A DNA stretch of 63,523 nt, filler included, from Lenisia limosa (Eukaryota > Protista > Breviatea): assembly GCA_001655205.1 (NCBI GenBank). It is 17 parts of 17 records of this genome, joined end to end, with 100 filler letters (N's around TTAATTAATTAA, not from the genome) between each part and the next. Parts side by side here need not be neighbours in the genome. Positions count along the whole stretch, not along the records: positions 60,932 to 63,523 come from LPNZ01002396.1; 16 more parts are not named here. One strand, 5' to 3'. Every line of letters begins with the position of its first letter. Position 1 is the first letter of the stretch. Shown here one piece after another: positions 61,500-63,523 of the stretch. Below the pieces are notes generated by a model that saw only the letters and a program-made list of their open reading frames with translations, was not told the origin of the DNA and ran no database searches. The translations under genes were made by a program, and so were the position numbers.

Positions 61500-63230
61500 A
61501 GAATATTTTCCTGGGGGATCTACCAGGTACGTTGACCGGCCCATGTGTGCGTGCAGCACGTGCAGTCAGTTCCCCATTCCAACATATCAAAACTGCAATG
61601 TAACAATGTACTTTTGAACTTTTGATCTTTTGATGTACTTTCAATGGACCACAGTTCAGCCACAGTCGGACCGTTTGACAACAGTATAACCACAAGTATA
61701 TCACATACACATTACAACTGTCAATTGATATTATCTGTCGTCGTACTATGCCCAGCACTGCGAATCTGCGAATAGATCATATTATTTGCAAATCACAGAA
61801 GTTGTTTCACACATAAACTTGAAACAGGAAACAAAAAAACGATTTGTACTTGACAATTGGCAGTACAACTTGACGGGACCCTTGAACGTAAGCTTAAAAG
61901 TGATGTTGTATAAAAGCAGGGTAGAGTTCCAAGACCTGTCTTGGTCGAAGGACAAAAAGAACCACAACCGTTTGTGTAAAAAGTAGTAAAAACGTCACCG
62001 TAAGTTTATGTTCGGATATCCGTGAAAATTTCTTGAACTATAACCTGCTTTAAACCCGACCAAAAGCCTCCTCACCAGTAATTGTGTTGTGAATGATCAG
62101 AGATTGGCAGTTTGTTGAAATGTCCGCTGTCGTTCGAAAATTTCACTGTACGAGAACTTCCGCTGATAGGTTAGTATACTGCCAAAACATTTTAAGAGGT
62201 AATCTGAAGAGTATATATCTACATGCTGTCCCATTCCTACTCGAACGTGAAAAGAGGCTATACCTGCAGATAGATACGCCAATCCAGATAAACCTTAGAC
62301 GTGAGATAAAGTATGATAAATGAAATGAGAAATGAGTATTCATATGTTTAAGCAACTTTAGTGTGGAACAGACAGCTTTAATGTATAAAGCGCGATAATG
62401 TTATTTCATGAGGGAATAAAATAGCCTACAGAATAATAAGGCATGTCGTTTTGTTGCGCTTTTCATTTGATCAACTGCATCACGACAAAACTTATCTGTA
62501 TTGGTTACATGTTTTGTATTGATCAAAATAATCTGTTTGGAAACTGCCTTGAATTCCTGACAGCTGGAAGTTTACCCGTTTTCAAATGCATACATATGAT
62601 ATATCATACACATATGGAATTGTTAGGATAGAAGTAAAGCCTGACCTGACAAGAAAAAACCTACACAGATATCTCCTGTTCCCAACATATTACACTACAA
62701 TACTCCATTTCCCACCCACCATCATCACGATATGAAGCGTCTGACAGATTGGCAAGCTGAAAGACCACAAAAACAGCAGTTAGCGCCAAAATAATTGAAA
62801 ACATTATGGAAACCAGGCCGAAGATTCCAAGTAAGTCTTTGCGCTTCCTTATCACTAAAAGGATTATACTCAGAAAGTAGCCTCGTTGTAGAGTTAACTC
62901 AGCCCTGCCTCGTACCTGCAAAACAACCTATTGAAGCTAAAACGGCTGAAAATACCAGTATTACAACGTCAGAGATAGTTGGAGACCCAAAATTTCTACA
63001 TGTTTCACCTGAGATAGTAAAGCATGCGAGGCAGAGCAAATGACAACAAATGAATTATACAAAAGAAAAAGACTTTCATCCCTCCCACAGAGTATATCGA
63101 CGCTACTGCCTTCGATTTTTGTTTTACATTCGTCTCTTCCTATGCTCCAAATGACGTCAATAAGGAGAAAAACTTGTGCCAATCCGCAAAGGCCTAGGGG
63201 TGAGAGCGGTTCTTGCAATGAGAGTTAATT
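61500..63230 (-). pseudogene. Gene-like Cys-rich and transmembrane region with stops and frame switches
   Basis: GLAQVFLLIDVIWSIG...; LLGIFGLVSIMFSIILALTAVFVVFQL (TM); TNGCGSFCPSTKTGLGTLPC (Cys-rich). No continuous frame found. Confidence 0.3.
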
Positions 63231-63523
63231 AAGAAGCAGTATAAGATTCAAGCATTTTTCATCCTATATCTTTTTAACGTTGTCAAATCCCCCCATCCCC
63301 AGGTGTCCCACCAAGTATTACTGTTTTAGGCCATTGAAAGATGAGGCCAGGGATAGAACTGAAACCTTGAAGCGCGTTCATTGCATGCAAGGCGGATTGC
63401 ACAGGTCAAGAAGTAAATAAGAGTGGTCTGTTCTTGGAGATTTGATATTGTCTACTGCTCAAATGTTTGTTTGAAGACTCGGCATTCTAACATTAAACAT
63501 ATTATGAATGGAGGGAAGTGGGA

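Noticed and set aside
1-63523. Stop-codon reassignment (TGA or TAA read as sense), suggested by interrupted frames at 3.5-8 kb and 62 kb
   Set aside because: Conserved exons (MAEA, PRMT5, cyclase, CnoX-like) contain no in-frame stops, and genes end in TAA (MAEA, ABCA), TAG (cyclase) and TGA (58856). Short introns or decay explain the interruptions better.

Overview
This is eukaryotic, AT-rich, intron-rich DNA from a fragmented draft assembly, not a prokaryotic locus. The window holds 17 unrelated small scaffolds joined by an artificial N44-TTAATTAATTAA-N44 linker, with further N gaps inside scaffolds. I reconstructed spliced genes by hand (GT-AG introns, standard code): MAEA/Gid9 (near complete), PRMT5, adenosine deaminase, a class III adenylate/guanylate cyclase, IFT88, a mitochondrion-targeted CnoX/YbbN-like thioredoxin-TPR protein, an INTS11/CPSF3L copy with an 11-nt frameshifting deletion, CEP57-like, CXorf65/C22orf15-like, C-type lectin, ABCA, LRR and ankyrin proteins, plus several unknowns. 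The ciliary and centriolar genes suggest a flagellated protist, but the taxon cannot be determined here. Introns are packed with short repeats: two hAT-like MITE families, a Tc1/mariner-like MITE, long-TIR elements and a SINE-like repeat with a cUUCGg hairpin. The most unusual signal is a ~160-bp non-palindromic repeat that lies almost always in the host-sense orientation. It ends at the 3' splice site in at least 11 introns of unrelated genes, and so appears to supply their acceptor region. All coordinates and exon joins were derived by eye, with no database searches, and need RNA-seq and HMM confirmation.
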